Origin: Lama guanicoe
Lineage: Eukaryota
Assembly: GCA_013239625.1 (NCBI GenBank)
Contig: MU053557.1
Span: 5,095,842 to 5,159,841 of the forward strand
DNA: 64,000 nucleotides
Reading direction: 5' to 3'
Part shown: piece after piece, positions 37,106 through 49,557 of the stretch
Position numbering within the stretch: position 1 is the stretch's first letter
How the letters are laid out: every line of letters begins with the position of its first letter
Translations under genes and position numbers: made by a program
The notes under the pieces: model-generated
What the model was told of the DNA's origin: nothing
Seen by the model: only the letters and a program-made list of their open reading frames with translations
The model's database searches: none

Positions 37106-40100
37106 GCCCTAAGGCCCCCAGGGCCATAGCCAGTGTCCTGCCAGCTTTTTTGCAGGAGGCTTGGCCCTGCCGGGGGTACTGAGGTCTGCCCAGCAGGGAC
37201 CACCGGGGGTTGGCAAGACAGGGTGGCTGTCCCCATCTGCAGAATGAGGTCACCCCAAGGTCTCCCTCTCGGGGATTGGTGCTGCCTCAGGGAGCGGACC
37301 TCAGGCCTCCTCTTCCGCAGCCATACCAAGGTCAGTGAGGGCGGAATATCGCCCCAAAGCCATGGAGGGTTGAAGCATTTCTCTCCCTGAATCGCTGGTG
37401 TCGGGCTCTACTGCAGGGATTCTCAGGGGTTAGATTCAGTGTCAGAGCCCCTGGGAGCTTTTAAAAACTGCAACCCTTCTGGTCTCCTAGAACCTGCTCT
37501 GTGAGCATTCAGGGTGACTGATGGGAGCGTGTGTATGGAGAGTGTGACTGTGAACATTGGGGTGGGTGGGGTGGGGTGGAGAAGGCAGTTCCCAAAGGGG
37601 ATGGGAAACCACTGTGTGCGGCTCCTGGTCTGCTGTGGCTGGGGTCTGTGCTCAGGGTGGACATCATATGGTGTGGGGTAGGCACTGGTGGAGTCGAGAA
37701 CCAGATCGGGTGGACCATGTCCCCACTCACAGCCCTCCGAGGGTCTGCTCCCATCTGCTCTGGATCGAGGTTGCCCCGGACCCTTGGATAAGCAGGCACA
37801 AGGGCAACGCTGGATGTCAGGTCTGAGTGTGTTTTAGTAGCTCTGGCAGTGAAGGCCTTTACTGTGAGCTTACTGTGCTGGCGATGGTGATGTGTTGCTG
37901 TGAGTGTGTCCCATGGGGACAGTGTTGTGACCTATCACTGATGGGTTAGGGTGTGATGGTGTTTGTGTCCTGCTGGCTCTCATGGGATATTGGGTTCATG
38001 CTAATGATGCGTCGTTATGACGTTTGGTGTAATGGATTCGGCTGTGGGGCTTCGTGGTACTGCTGTGGCATGCCCTGTGTTTTCTGTTACTCCTGAGTGA
38101 CGAAAGTGGTGGTGTTGCGGTCGGGTTGGGTGCACCAGTGCTTGTGACCGGGGGTGGTGATTTAGTATGGTGACGCCGCCTGACGGACCTGTATTTAAGG
38201 TTTCAGCCCGACTATGGTGGTGTTTTCTCCCGGATGCGGCTTGATGTTATTGGCTGCAGAGCCGGCTGGGCTGACGTTTCCCCTCTGTACCTGCTTGGTG
38301 TTTGTGGGTACTACACAGGCTGTGATGGTGGTTGGGGGACAGGGAGTGCTGTGGTGGTAGCTTGTGCAGACCTCCACGCCTTTTATTAATTAAAGCAGCC
38401 TCCAGATGCAACACAGCAGTGCCCACCACCCCAAGCCCACTGAGGAGCCCGCGTGCCCTCGAATCCTGTGGGCAGAGATGCTGAGTGTTTTGTGGGGGCT
38501 GGTGCATGAATGAACTTGGCAGGTGACCTTTCTCAGCCATTGCTGCCCACAGGAGGGAAGACACCTCTGGCTCCTTCTCTGTCTGGTGGGCAGGGTAGGG
38601 TGAGACAGCGTGTACTCTCAGAGGCTGGGTCTCAGCCTGGCCCTGCCTGGCTGCTCTCCTCCAGTCTGACCCACTCCTGGACCCCTCCCATGAAGGGCAG
38701 CCCCACCTCTGCCCTGTGAGGGTCCACTCTCTTGAAATGACAGCCTAACTCTTACTCACCCTTCAAAGCTTAACTCCTCTTCCAGGAAGCCTTCCCTGAC
38801 TGACTGCCTCTCCCCCACCTGCCCCAACCTTGGCTGATTTCTGCCCCTCTGGGGTTCTGTCAGCCCTTGCTGTTGGGATCACTCACTCTCAGCTTTGCTT
38901 CTTGCCTCCGCACTGGATTTACTTTTTTCTTGTATTTGAGTGCCACCATTTGCTAGCACTGGGCAAGCTAACAAAACAGTGTCCCTGCCTTCATGGAAAG
39001 GGTGGGGGTTGAGGGAAGACAGACAATAATCAAGTATCCACATAAATGTGTAATTACATGTTGTGAGAGTGTTACGAAGCTAACTGATATGGTGGCGGGA
39101 GGCCCAACAGCCGTGGTGGGGCTGGCGGGTGGCCGTAAGCTGGAGACTGGAGTGAGGTGGACGCAGGTCGGGTGAGGAGACAGGCCTTTTTTTGGGGAGG
39201 GAGCTGAGCTTGAATTTAAACGTTGCCCAGCTTGATGGTGACTCTAGGCCCGGGTGACTGGATGGGTCCCATCGTGCCAGGCACCCTGCTGGGTGTTTCT
39301 CCAGGCTGTTGCTGTTCTGTCCCCAGGGTCCCATCCAGCCCTCCATGGGTCCCACTGGCAGCCTGCACACCCTGTCAGTCAGAAAGGAGGCATCTGCAGG
39401 TGTGCCTCCGGCCATTTTAGCATCAGTTAGGAGAGCAGACGGGGAACTTGCCCTGGGTCCTGCTCTCAGCATGTTACCAGCATCTCAGCCCCAACGGGAA
39501 GTCTGCATCCGTGAAGCATGGAGCTTGCAGGAGCCCCCTGCACCCCTCTGGTGACAGAGCCCTAGTGCTGCTGCTGACTATGTACAATGAGCTCCCCTTC
39601 CCTCACTTACAAAATAGGACTCACTGTATCACATAGCCTTGGGGGTTGTGAAGTTTACATGGACTGATATGGGTAACGCACTGAGCTGTGGGCCTGGCAC
39701 TGAGTAAGCACGCCATAGATTTGTCGCTGCTGTCATCCTTCGGGGGCTGGTCCTACGATGACCTGCCTGACCCAGTTATCACATTTGAGCGTTGAGAGCG
39801 GGTTGGGATGTTCCCTAAGACTCCCAGCTTTGACATTTGTTCATTCATTCAGCATACAGGCCACACCCTTCATATGCCAGGCTTTTTTCGGGGTGCCAGG
39901 TGTCTAGGGATGTGCATGGCTGGGTCCATTGTGATCTGGCTGCTGGGCTGGGTCTGAGCCTCTCCCCTTCCACCTCTGCCTCGCACTGGTCTTGCATACT
40001 CCCCTCTGTAGCTATGCCTGTTGGCCTGCTCAGGAAATGACTGAGACTGTTTAGGACCTGCTCAAGGGAGTCATGGAGACGAGGCTGCTGGCTTGGCAGC

Positions 40101-40294
40101 TGAGGGCCCTTTGCCCAGGGGTTGGGTTCTGTCTCAAGATCTCAGAGTCCTGTGGGAAACTGGTTCATAGTGTAGGTTCCAGGCCCCATGTCCAGGCATT
40201 TGCTTGCATCTGGCGTTGGGATTTGGCCCCTTGCTTGGGTGGCTCTGATGCCTTTAGTCCACAGACTGGCATTTGGAGGCCATGAATCCTCATC

Positions 40295-40410
40295 AAACAG
40301 AGAAGAAACTGAGGCCCAGTGTGGGGTGGGGACTTGGCCAAGGCCCCGGAGTGGGTGAGTGGCAGAGCTGAAGCCTCAATCTGAGAGTCTGGACTCCAAG
40401 TGCAGTGCTC
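40295..40410 (-). mobile_element. MIR fragment
   Basis: acagagaagaaactgaggcccag...gacttggccaagg...gtgagtggcagagctg...tctggactccaag. Confidence 0.7.
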
Positions 40411-41557
40411 CTCTCACTATCCATGCCTTTGGGGGTGGTTATGCCACCTCAGCATTTTTCGGGGTCTAGGTGGGCTCACCTGAGACTCGGGACCATGACG
40501 CAGCTGAGCGACATGTCCCTGCAGTCAGAGCCGGGAGCTGCAACTGGTGCCCGCAGCGGCAGGGTAGGCACAGACGGATGGAACTGGTTATGCTGCTTTG
40601 CCTGGACTGGCCTCCCTCTTCCTCCTTTGGTGGGGTGTGTTCCTGGGCAGCAGAGGGGTGTGTGCGGGGTGTGTCGAGGTTGGGTAAGGCAGCCTCACGT
40701 GGCTGAACTCTCACCCCTTTTCCTGGTTTCACAACAGAAGCCGTAACTACAGTCCCACGGGGGCAGAGGCAGCAGAGAATGCACCTCTATGGGTCCCCAG
40801 AAGGCAGGGGCCACAGCAGTAATTGGAGGGGAGATGAACCCTGCCCGGTTTCTCCTCTGCATGATCATCACAGACTTACTGCATCACTCAGTTTCCCTGG
40901 TCCTTTGGGCCTTCAGTTTCCTTCCCTTCAGAGGGGCTGGTCATTTTTGCCCTGCCCACTGCCCAGGTTGCTAAGAGGATGCAGTAAAATGGGGCTTCCT
41001 GGAAGGAAAAAAGGTCCCGACTGAGACAGCACAGGAGCTGAAACTCCCCTTTCAGCATCCATGGTGGACAGAACCAATCAATCACCACACTTTTCCCCGT
41101 GAACTTGGAAAGGCCTCAGAAACCTTTGCTGAACGGTGCTTCAGGCAGTCCTTCCAATCAATTGGAGCTGGCACTTACGAGATAAACATTCTCTAAGAGA
41201 TCCTGAAAGGGGTGCTGAGTCTGCAGCTGGGCATGTCTTGCCTTGAAGGCTTCACTAGTGGTACCCACTCCTCTTCCTCTGTCCTTGGATGGGAGCTAGG
41301 GAGTCCTCCGGGCTCTGGATCTCTGTGGCTTTTCTGATCTGTGCCTGTCTCTGGACCTCCTTTTTCCATTTCCCCTTTCCCCCTGTACCTCTCTCCACAG
41401 GGAGCACTGAAAGGAGTGGTGGCATTAGTGCACTGGACAATCTGTAAAGAGAGTAAAGCAAGTGAGATAGAAATCAGCTAATAGAGCCCTCCCTAACTTC
41501 CCCTCCCTGGCCTCCTCCTTGACACGCTTCACGCACAACCGAGCTGTCTGAGGCCAA

Positions 41558-41575
41558 CATTGCCCCCTAGTGGCT
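41558..41575 (-). promoter_or_regulatory. Candidate CTCF site
   Basis: Reverse complement AGCCACTAGGGGGCAATG matches the CTCF core CCASYAGRKGGCR; motif evidence only. Confidence 0.55.
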
Positions 41576-44376
41576 CGCATCCCAAGAGCATTGACTTCCC
41601 TGGCCTCTTCCCACCACCTCCGTTCTTCCCTGCCAAGCCAGGACCCACCGCTTTTCCTCCATCACTGTTACTCGCTTCCTCACTCAAGGATACGTCCTTT
41701 GGGCTCCTTCTGCACTCTGTTCAAACTCTAACGGATGATCCTAGAAGAGACAGCAGAGTGTAGTTGATGAAGGTGATGAAAGACCTGGGAGTAGAGAGAG
41801 CTGAACTACAGCCTCATTTCCACTGCCAGCTTATGGTGTGGCTGTGCTGGTCCTTGCCCTCTGTGGGCCATGTTTCCCCATCTGTGCTGTGAAAAGTTTG
41901 CCTATTTCGGTGTTTCCCAGGAGGGGTACCAAAACCTTTTTAGGCCGGTCAGCTTTCATTGTGCAGGACACAGAGCTTCCCAGGCCCCTGCGTCAAATCT
42001 CTGTGCCAGCCTGAAAGTCCCAAATGCCCCTGGCAGTGGCGCCACGCGTGGTTGGTGCCCTTAGGCCAAGGGGTCTTGCGATCATGTGTGAAGTGGCTGG
42101 GGGAGACTCGGGCAGGCCGCTGGTAGCAGCTGCAGCGCGTGCATCCAGTGCCCTGGGAACGACACCCCCCACCGCCCGCCCCGAGAGGCCAGCGCTGTGG
42201 AGAAACAGAGGGGCTGTGGCCTCAGCAATTAGACCTGAGTTCATATCCCGGCTTGGCCACTTGCTAGCTCTGGGGCTTCAGACAGGTTTGAACAGGACTG
42301 TGTGTGGTTCTCAGTGGAGGATGGAAATAGCCCAGTAACCTTTTCCCTTTGGCAAAGGACAGGGCGAGGCTCTCCAGGCTGCTTGTGCTCCGCACGCACC
42401 CCGTGCTCGCGCTCTCACGCTCCCGCCTAGTTCCTGGTCCTGAGTCTTAACCCCCGCTCCGCCCAGCTCCTCCACGGCAGGGACGACCATTTCCCGGTGG
42501 ATTGCACTTTTTAGTTTGCTGTTATTTCCGTTTTGTAGACGCAGGACCTAAGTCTCAGGAAAGGTGACAAAACACATCTTAATTAAGCAGCAAAGCCAGG
42601 CTGGAACTCGGTCTGAATGCATTCTCATTGTTGTCATTATTGCCGGGGCAGTTTTGTGGTTTGTTTCATCTACTATTAATTGAGCAAGTATGTGCCAGGG
42701 CCTTAGAGTAATTTTCTCAGTTGTCTCTTCATACACACACACCGTCTGCCCACTTTACAGATGTGGCAACTTCTAAGGGAAGTGCATGCCCAGACCTCCC
42801 AGGTTGGCACCGCCAGGATCCGAGGCCGTTCTTTTTCTCCAGAGCCTGTTTCCTTTGCCCCCAAACCCTTCTGTCTCCTTCCAAAAGCCCCCCACTCCTG
42901 GGCCGCTGCCAGCCCTTGCTTGGTAGTGAGAGGCCGGAGCCGCACTGATGGCCAGGAGTGGGAGGGGGCTCGCTGGGCTTGGAGCCCAGGAATGTGTTGG
43001 GAAATTCCACTCCCCTCCCACGCTACCCTCCCACGCTGGGAGGGAAGAGTTAAGTGTCTGCCTCGTCCCTCATGGATCACGGAGGCCTGTTCACTCCTTT
43101 TACAGCCTGGATCTCCTCGGGAAACTGCCTGTGGCCTGCCCCCTCCCCCTGCATCCTAACTTCTTGCCTTCTTTGGTCCTCTCTCCCCACAAGGGAGGGC
43201 CGCACTGCCCCATCCTCCACCCAGAGCTCTAGCTCCCCAAGAGGGGAGCACTTGGAAGTAGGGGCTTAAAACTCTCTTCTTTAAACACGCGCACGTGCAC
43301 ACACACTCACAGACACTCAGGGTCTGGCTGCTCACATGCATGGATGGCATCACCCTTGTCTCCACAGATGCCTGTGCTGGTAGGATGTGGCACGAGGGAG
43401 GCAGCCACAGAGCCAAGAGTGGGGAGGAGGCCACGTTCCCGGCAAGAAGACTTTAGTCTGTCTCTTAGCTCCAGCCTTGCTTTGGCAGGAAGGGAAGAGG
43501 TCTGTGAGGCTTCCTGACTCCGCCTAGGTCTCCAGTGGCCAGAGAGACCCCAGAGGCAGCGAGAAGAGGCTCGGAGCAGAGCTCTCAGGCTGTCCAGGGC
43601 AAGAGGATTGCAAGGCTCTCTCATCGAGACCGCCTACCATCTAGTGCTCGCGTCCCTGGCCGTCCCACCAGGTGGCCCCTGTTTGCACAGGCCCGGTCAC
43701 AGAGCCCTCACCGCCTCACAAGCCTGCCTGTGACCATCTTTGGGCAGCACTGACTGTCATAAGCGCTTCCTTAGGATGAATGAGCTGCAGGCTCAGCTCC
43801 CACCCTTGGCCCTGGCTTGGCTTTGTGGGACCTCACAGAGGGAAGCTCACTCCTCCTGCAAGTCCCCTTCATGGCCCTTCCCACCCCTTTCCTCCCAGGT
43901 TCCCGCCACAACACCCCAGGCCAGACATCCAGGAGCTGTAACTGCCTGGCTGTGGCCGGGTGACCTCATGCAAGAGCTAGCAGTCATGGCCTCAGTTTCC
44001 TTGTTAGTAAAAAGGGAAGAGTGACGGACTGCGTGATCTCAGAGCCATCCCTAGGTTTCCAGAATTCCATGGAAAGAGATAATCCAGAGGTTCTAGAAAC
44101 ATCTCACAGGGAAGATGACCCATGCCCACTGTCTGTGTTTGACAAGGGTTTTATTCATAGACCAGTCTTTTAGGGAGAGGTATCTTAGAAATCACTCTCA
44201 ATAAGACCCAGTTTTTGAACATCTTGGATCGAAGGGCCCACACCAGCCCTTTGTCAGAAGGGCCTTCCCCAGATGTCTGTTAGCTGCTAGATGAGGTCCA
44301 GGCGAGGGGCCGTCACCATCTGATCCCTGCCAGGCTCCAAATCTGAGCATGGCCCACAGAAGAGTCCTGAATTTTG

Positions 44377-44597
44377 TCTGTCTGTCTTTCTTTCTTTCTT
44401 CCTTTCTTCCTTCCTTCCTTCCTTCCTTTCCTCCTTCCTTCCTTCCTTCCTTTTTCTTTCTTCCTTTCTTCCTTTCTCTCTCTTTCTCTCTCTCTTTCTT
44501 TCTCTTTGTCTCTTTCTTTCTTTCTCTCTCTCTCTCTTTCTCTCTTTCCTTTCTTTCCTTTCTTTCCTTTCTTTCTTTCTTTCTTTCTTTCTTTCCT

Positions 44598-44633
<36 letters not shown>

Positions 44634-44684
44634 TTCTTCCTTCTTTTTTTCTTTTTTTCTTTTTTTTTTCTTTTTTTTTTTTTT
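44377..44684 (+). repeat. Compound polypyrimidine microsatellite (TTCC/TC/TTTC/T)n
   Basis: About 310 bp of almost pure C and T. Confidence 0.95.
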
Positions 44685-44691
44685 GATGACC

Positions 44692-44845
44692 NNNNNNNNN
44701 NNNNNNNNNNNNNNNNNNNNNNNNNNNNNNNNNNNNNNNNNNNNNNNNNNNNNNNNNNNNNNNNNNNNNNNNNNNNNNNNNNNNNNNNNNNNNNNNNNNN
44801 NNNNNNNNNNNNNNNNNNNNNNNNNNNNNNNNNNNNNNNNNNNNN
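44692..44845. other. Assembly gap (154 N)
   Basis: Run of n. Confidence 1.
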
Positions 44846-44956
44846 TTTCTCTTAGGTTAGAATTTGTTTGTTTTTGATGGAGGTACTGGGGATTGGACCC
44901 AGGACCTTGTGCATGCTAAGCATGTGCTCTACCAGTGAGCTATTCCCCACCTCCCC
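44846..44956 (-). mobile_element. Camelid-type tRNA-derived SINE (Vic-1-like) body; tail extends leftward through the gap and microsatellite
   Basis: ggaggtactggggattggacccaggaccttgtgcatgctaagcatgtgctctaccagtgagctat; TSD copies at 44360-44376 and 44959-44975. Confidence 0.88.
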
Positions 44957-45239
44957 TAAAGAGTTCTGAATTTTGAATCCCATCTCTGCTGTACCTTGGG
45001 TGCGTGTCACAGACAGACCACTAAGCCTCTCTAAGCTTGAGTCTCCCCATCTTTTAGAATTCTGTGGGTTGCATGAAAGTACCTGGCGTATCACAGGTGC
45101 TCAGTAACTGGAAAACAACAGGCACTCCTGGGCCTGAGGGAGGGCCTGTCTCTTCTGCCCTTAAAGTCAAGTTTTGATACCTCCTCCCCCAAAGTGTTGC
45201 TGGACCACCTCAGGCACCACGCAGCATTTATGCCTTTAG

Positions 45240-45570
45240 GTTTTTATTGAGCATCTACTGTATACCGCACACTGAGGATACAATGATGTAAATACTGATA
45301 GCCCACTACATCAGTGGAGCTCTCTAGAAACACAGAAACAAGGAAACAAATCAGGAGATATAATGGCCACAAGCTGTGGGAAGGTGATGGGTGCAGAAGG
45401 AGGAAATAATGGTGTGAAGGATGGGCATCAGGGAAGGCTTATTCCAGGACTGACTTTTGAGACCTCCAGGCAAGAAAGAGCATTTGAAAGCCTGGAGGGA
45501 TCCTGAGAGGAGGGTGGGGTGATGGGATCACAGGCATGCAGAGGAGACAGACATGAGATGGGTACCAGAG
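45240..45570 (-). mobile_element. L2 fragment
   Basis: tttattgagcatctactgtataccgcacactg...catcagggaaggctt...tgacttttgag. Confidence 0.6.
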
Positions 45571-46392
45571 GTAGTGAGCCAGGGCACATACTGAGCCCCA
45601 TGGTGCCGTGTCCTGGTATCTTGGCCCCAGGGCTGGCTAGGGCTCTGTGATGTTTGATAAAGGAGGAGATGGAGGCTGCTCCCAGCCCCTCCACTCGGGA
45701 GCTCTCCTGTTTCATGTGGCGTTTCCTAACACCCTCTGGCTGGCAGCAAGTGAGTGACCATTTCCCTGTCCTCAAAGCTGAAAGGAAATCTAGGTGAAAA
45801 GGGCCTTCATCCCGAGTGGGTTGGACGGAGAGGAGCCTGCGAGGGATTTCCGGGCCTGCAGGTGGAAAGCCTGGTCTGCTGTAGAGTTTGAGAATGGGGA
45901 GTGGGGACACAGTGCCAGATGGGGTTGGGGCGTGGTCAGCCCACACCCCTGGGGAGGCGAAGCCCTGGCACGGGTTCTAACACAGGGGTGGGCCCTGCGG
46001 GGAGAGCAGTGGGAGCCAAGTGTGGCCCCAGGTCTATCAAATTCAGACTCCCATCCTGACCTCTCAGCAGTCCTCAGCAAGACCGGGGGTGGCTCACCTG
46101 GCCTTGAATTGGGTGCAGGATTTCAAGTCAAACATTACCTAATGTTGGGTAGGCCGATTCCAAAAGCAGGAGGAGGAGGATGTATGGGTTCTGGTCCAGC
46201 GCTGCCCTGTCTCACTGTTGAACCTTCCCCCGTCTGTACAGTGAGATGTTTGACTTAGGGGTCTCTGAGGCCCTTTTGGCTCTGACAGGCTGTGGTTCTA
46301 GTTTTTTCTGGTTTTGCAGATCCTTGGCAGAGGAGGGGTACTGAAGGAGAGCTGTGTATAGTGTGAAGCATGATGGATCTCAAAAAATTATT

Positions 46393-46480
46393 ATTTTTTT
46401 TAATGGCGGTCCTGGGGATTAAACCCAGGACCCTGTGCACACTATGCATGCATTCTACCAGTGAGCTCTACCCCCGCCCC
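46393..46480 (-). mobile_element. Camelid-type tRNA-derived SINE, short form
   Basis: Reverse complement GGGGCGGGGGTAGAGCTCACTGGTAGAATGCATGCATAGTGTGCACAGGGTCCTGGGTTTAATCCCCAGGACCGCCATT(A)n. 16-bp TSD: atctcaaaaaattatt (46377) and atctcagaaaattatt (46484). Confidence 0.88.
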
Positions 46481-49400
46481 TGAATCTCAGAAAATTATTG
46501 ATAGTCTGGAACATTTGGCTATATTAGTAGAAATCTGGCATCTAGAACTAAGGGGGAGATGGTTCTGTCAACAAAGTCAGCAAACGGATGTGCTGTCAGA
46601 GAAAGGAACAAAAAACAAGATGACTCTAAACCAGGTGCTCTTCCAAATGTCAGGCGCTACCAAGTGTGCAACCCAGAGGACACCAGATTCCAGGGAGGGC
46701 ATGAGAGCTACCTGCAAATATATGACATGGGAGAGAGGTGGCACTGGAGAATGGAGGTCATAAGGAGAGGCTCCAGCTCAGGATAAGAAGGAGCTTTCCA
46801 AACGTCTAGAACTGTCCCAGATGGAATGAGCTGGCCTGCCTTGGGTGGTAGGGCGTTTCTATCATGGGAGGTATGAGAGGTTAGGTGGGCTGATAACCTG
46901 GCAGGTTGACTGTGCTTTGTCCTTTGAAGCATTGGACTGGATGATTCTTGCTGGTTCTGGATGGCTGCCATTCTGTGACCTGGGTTCAGGTCCAACGTCT
47001 GTAGCATAGTCCTGAGACAGTTGCCCTCCACATGCCTCATTTTCCTTATGTGAAAAGCAGAGAGAGTACCTGTCTGCCTCTCAGGCTTATTGTCCAGGTT
47101 GGCTGAGGCGATGGAGTCCTTTGTGTGGTGCAGCCACAGATGTGAGCAAGGGATAATTGCCATGTTTCACTTGCCACCGTCCTGACATTTGGTGGCAGGC
47201 AGGGAGTGGGGAATCCCTATTCTCACAGCTCAAGCTGACTGATCTTTGTAGCCGAGCTGAATTTAGTCTTTGGGGGCAGCAGAGTGAAGAGTAAATACTA
47301 AAGCAGAAATGGCAAAACCTAGTGTGAGTGCTGACATCGTCTCTTGCCGAGGCAGACATCACTAATCAATCACCATGCTCTCTTCTGCAGATCTTGGCTA
47401 TGGCCTCTTAACCCTTACCCATATGGTGACAGCTACTACTAACGTATATTTGGCTTATGAGAGAGATTCTATTAGCTACCCCGACATAAAGGAAAATAAT
47501 TACTGATGCCATTCTTGGTCAGCACCAAACAAGTGACTCACTAAATGCATTAATGGAAGTGCATGTGTTGGTGTGGAGTGGGGGTCAGGACAGCTGTGAG
47601 CTAAATTAAATGACTGGGAAAGCCTGTTGATGGAAGTGGTAAAGGGCTGAGTCCAAGAAGGAGGAGAGAGATTAAGAGGAGAAGAGAGAAGCGAGAAGGG
47701 CACCCCAGGCCATTGGTACGGCATAGCAAAAACCCAAGTGGTGTTGGGCTAGGATTAAGGCTCATGATTACCTATGGGCTGTGGGAAGCACTGGCCTGTG
47801 AGTTGGTCTCTGCTCCGCTACCCGTTTACCATGTGACCTTGGGTAAAGCCCATTCCTTTCGTGTAAGATAAGGGGTGAGGGTTGGCCTAATATCCTAAAA
47901 GCTATGAAGAAGCTCTGAAAAAATAAACATTTCTGTAAAGACCAGTGCACACCTGCACCCTCCTCCCTAAGCAGTGAGTTCTTAATGAATGCCTTGTTGG
48001 TAGCAGTATATTAAAGTGTGACCGAAATGACTCAGAAATCTGGGGGCTGGAAACAGTGACTATACCAGGATAGTTATTGGGGATAGAAGCAAGATGTGGG
48101 CTGAGGGGGCCCTCGGCTTGACAGATTCCTACATTTCCAGAGGATGGAGTATTTTCCCTGAGATCAGCAGGAGGTTTGGGTCCAGAGCAGCTGAGCTGGA
48201 TATTTGGGCCTCTTCATCATTTCAAGGCGTCCTTTCATTCTTGGCCAAGAGGGAGGGGAGGCAGAGTATGGGCAGGGGGGCTGACAGGTTCTCATCTATT
48301 TATAGCTGGGATTTGGGATCACGCGGTCCTGGGTTCAGGGATGGCCCCATGTCTGGCCTTGCCAACCAATCACAGGGTGGCATGCTTCAGGGTCCTGCAC
48401 GTTAGGCAGGTGCCCTAATGTGAACCCACAGGGCCGGCCTGGGCTCTGGCCAGATGCTCAACATTCCCTCCTGACTCCCAGCAGGGATTCTGAGGGCTGC
48501 CAAGTGCCAGCTGGGACAGAGGTGGGGAGGGGGGCAGAGAGGAGGAAGGGAAGAAAGGTGCTGTGTGGAGGCAGCTGGTGGGGCTGTCCTGGCCAGTGGT
48601 TCTGAGCTTGTCGGATGAACTGAAGGTCAGGGTGCTTAGGGTAGATGTTCTAGAATGGGCACTGAACTCCTGGGTCACAGTATCAATGTCACACTGAAAT
48701 TAGAGACAGAGAGAGAGGGACTGTTGGCCCACTCAAGCCCTCCTCACCCTTGGGGCACATGTTTCCCTCCTACCACACACAACACCCCCGAAGTCCATTG
48801 GTTAATTTCCCCTGAGATGCACGGCCACCAGTGGGGTTAGGGACTTTGTCTTGGCCGATCAGCACACCTGCTCCATTTTGCCCCGTTGGCAAACAATAGA
48901 TCCAGTCTGTCCACTTCTCTTCACCGTACTTCCTTCCACTCAGAGGCCACTGTGTCATGCTGGCCAGTGAGACAGCCGCCCATTAGGGCCTTGTACTGCC
49001 ACTGTTGTCCCCATCTCCACATGGCAGCCAGAGCTGTCTTGTCACTGACCTGCAGAAACCCCCTCAGTGGAGCCCCATGATCCTGGGGCGAAGGCCAGTC
49101 TCCCCACCGTGTCCTCAGAATCCTCCTGGAGGCTCCCCTCTCCTCTCATCCCTTCCGGAGCCTCTGACTCTCGCTGCAGCCGACTGAACTTTTCTCAGTT
49201 CCTTTTCCTTGTGGTCTAATCGCCTGGGCACTGATCTGGGTCTCCCTCATCTGATTGGATGGTGGGACCCATCTTTCTGTTACTGCTGCATCCCTGGATG
49301 CATAGCGCAGGTTAGCACTGAAAGGACTGTTTGGGAAAGAGGAAAGTGTCTGTGTACTCTTGGCAACAGAGGTTCTCCATAGTGCTGTTCAGAGTTCAGG

Positions 49401-49557
49401 AGGTCTAGAGAGACACCCCACCCAGGGCTACAGGAACCCTGGGTCCCAAGCAGGCCTCTTCCTTTGGGGCCTCAGTCTCCTGTTTGTACAACAGGGATTG
49501 GACCAGACATCCTTGTCTGAGTGTTGTTCCAGTGCTAAAGGTAGGATAGAGAAAGAC

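Noticed and set aside
44349..44877. Phe/Leu/Ser-rich ORFs that look like membrane proteins
   Set aside because: Translation of the pyrimidine microsatellite and the N gap.
46393..46480. Possible tRNA gene (A/B boxes, tRNA-Ala-like); likewise at 34.3 kb and 44.9 kb
   Set aside because: Poly(A) tail, TSDs and degenerate stems show these are SINE copies.
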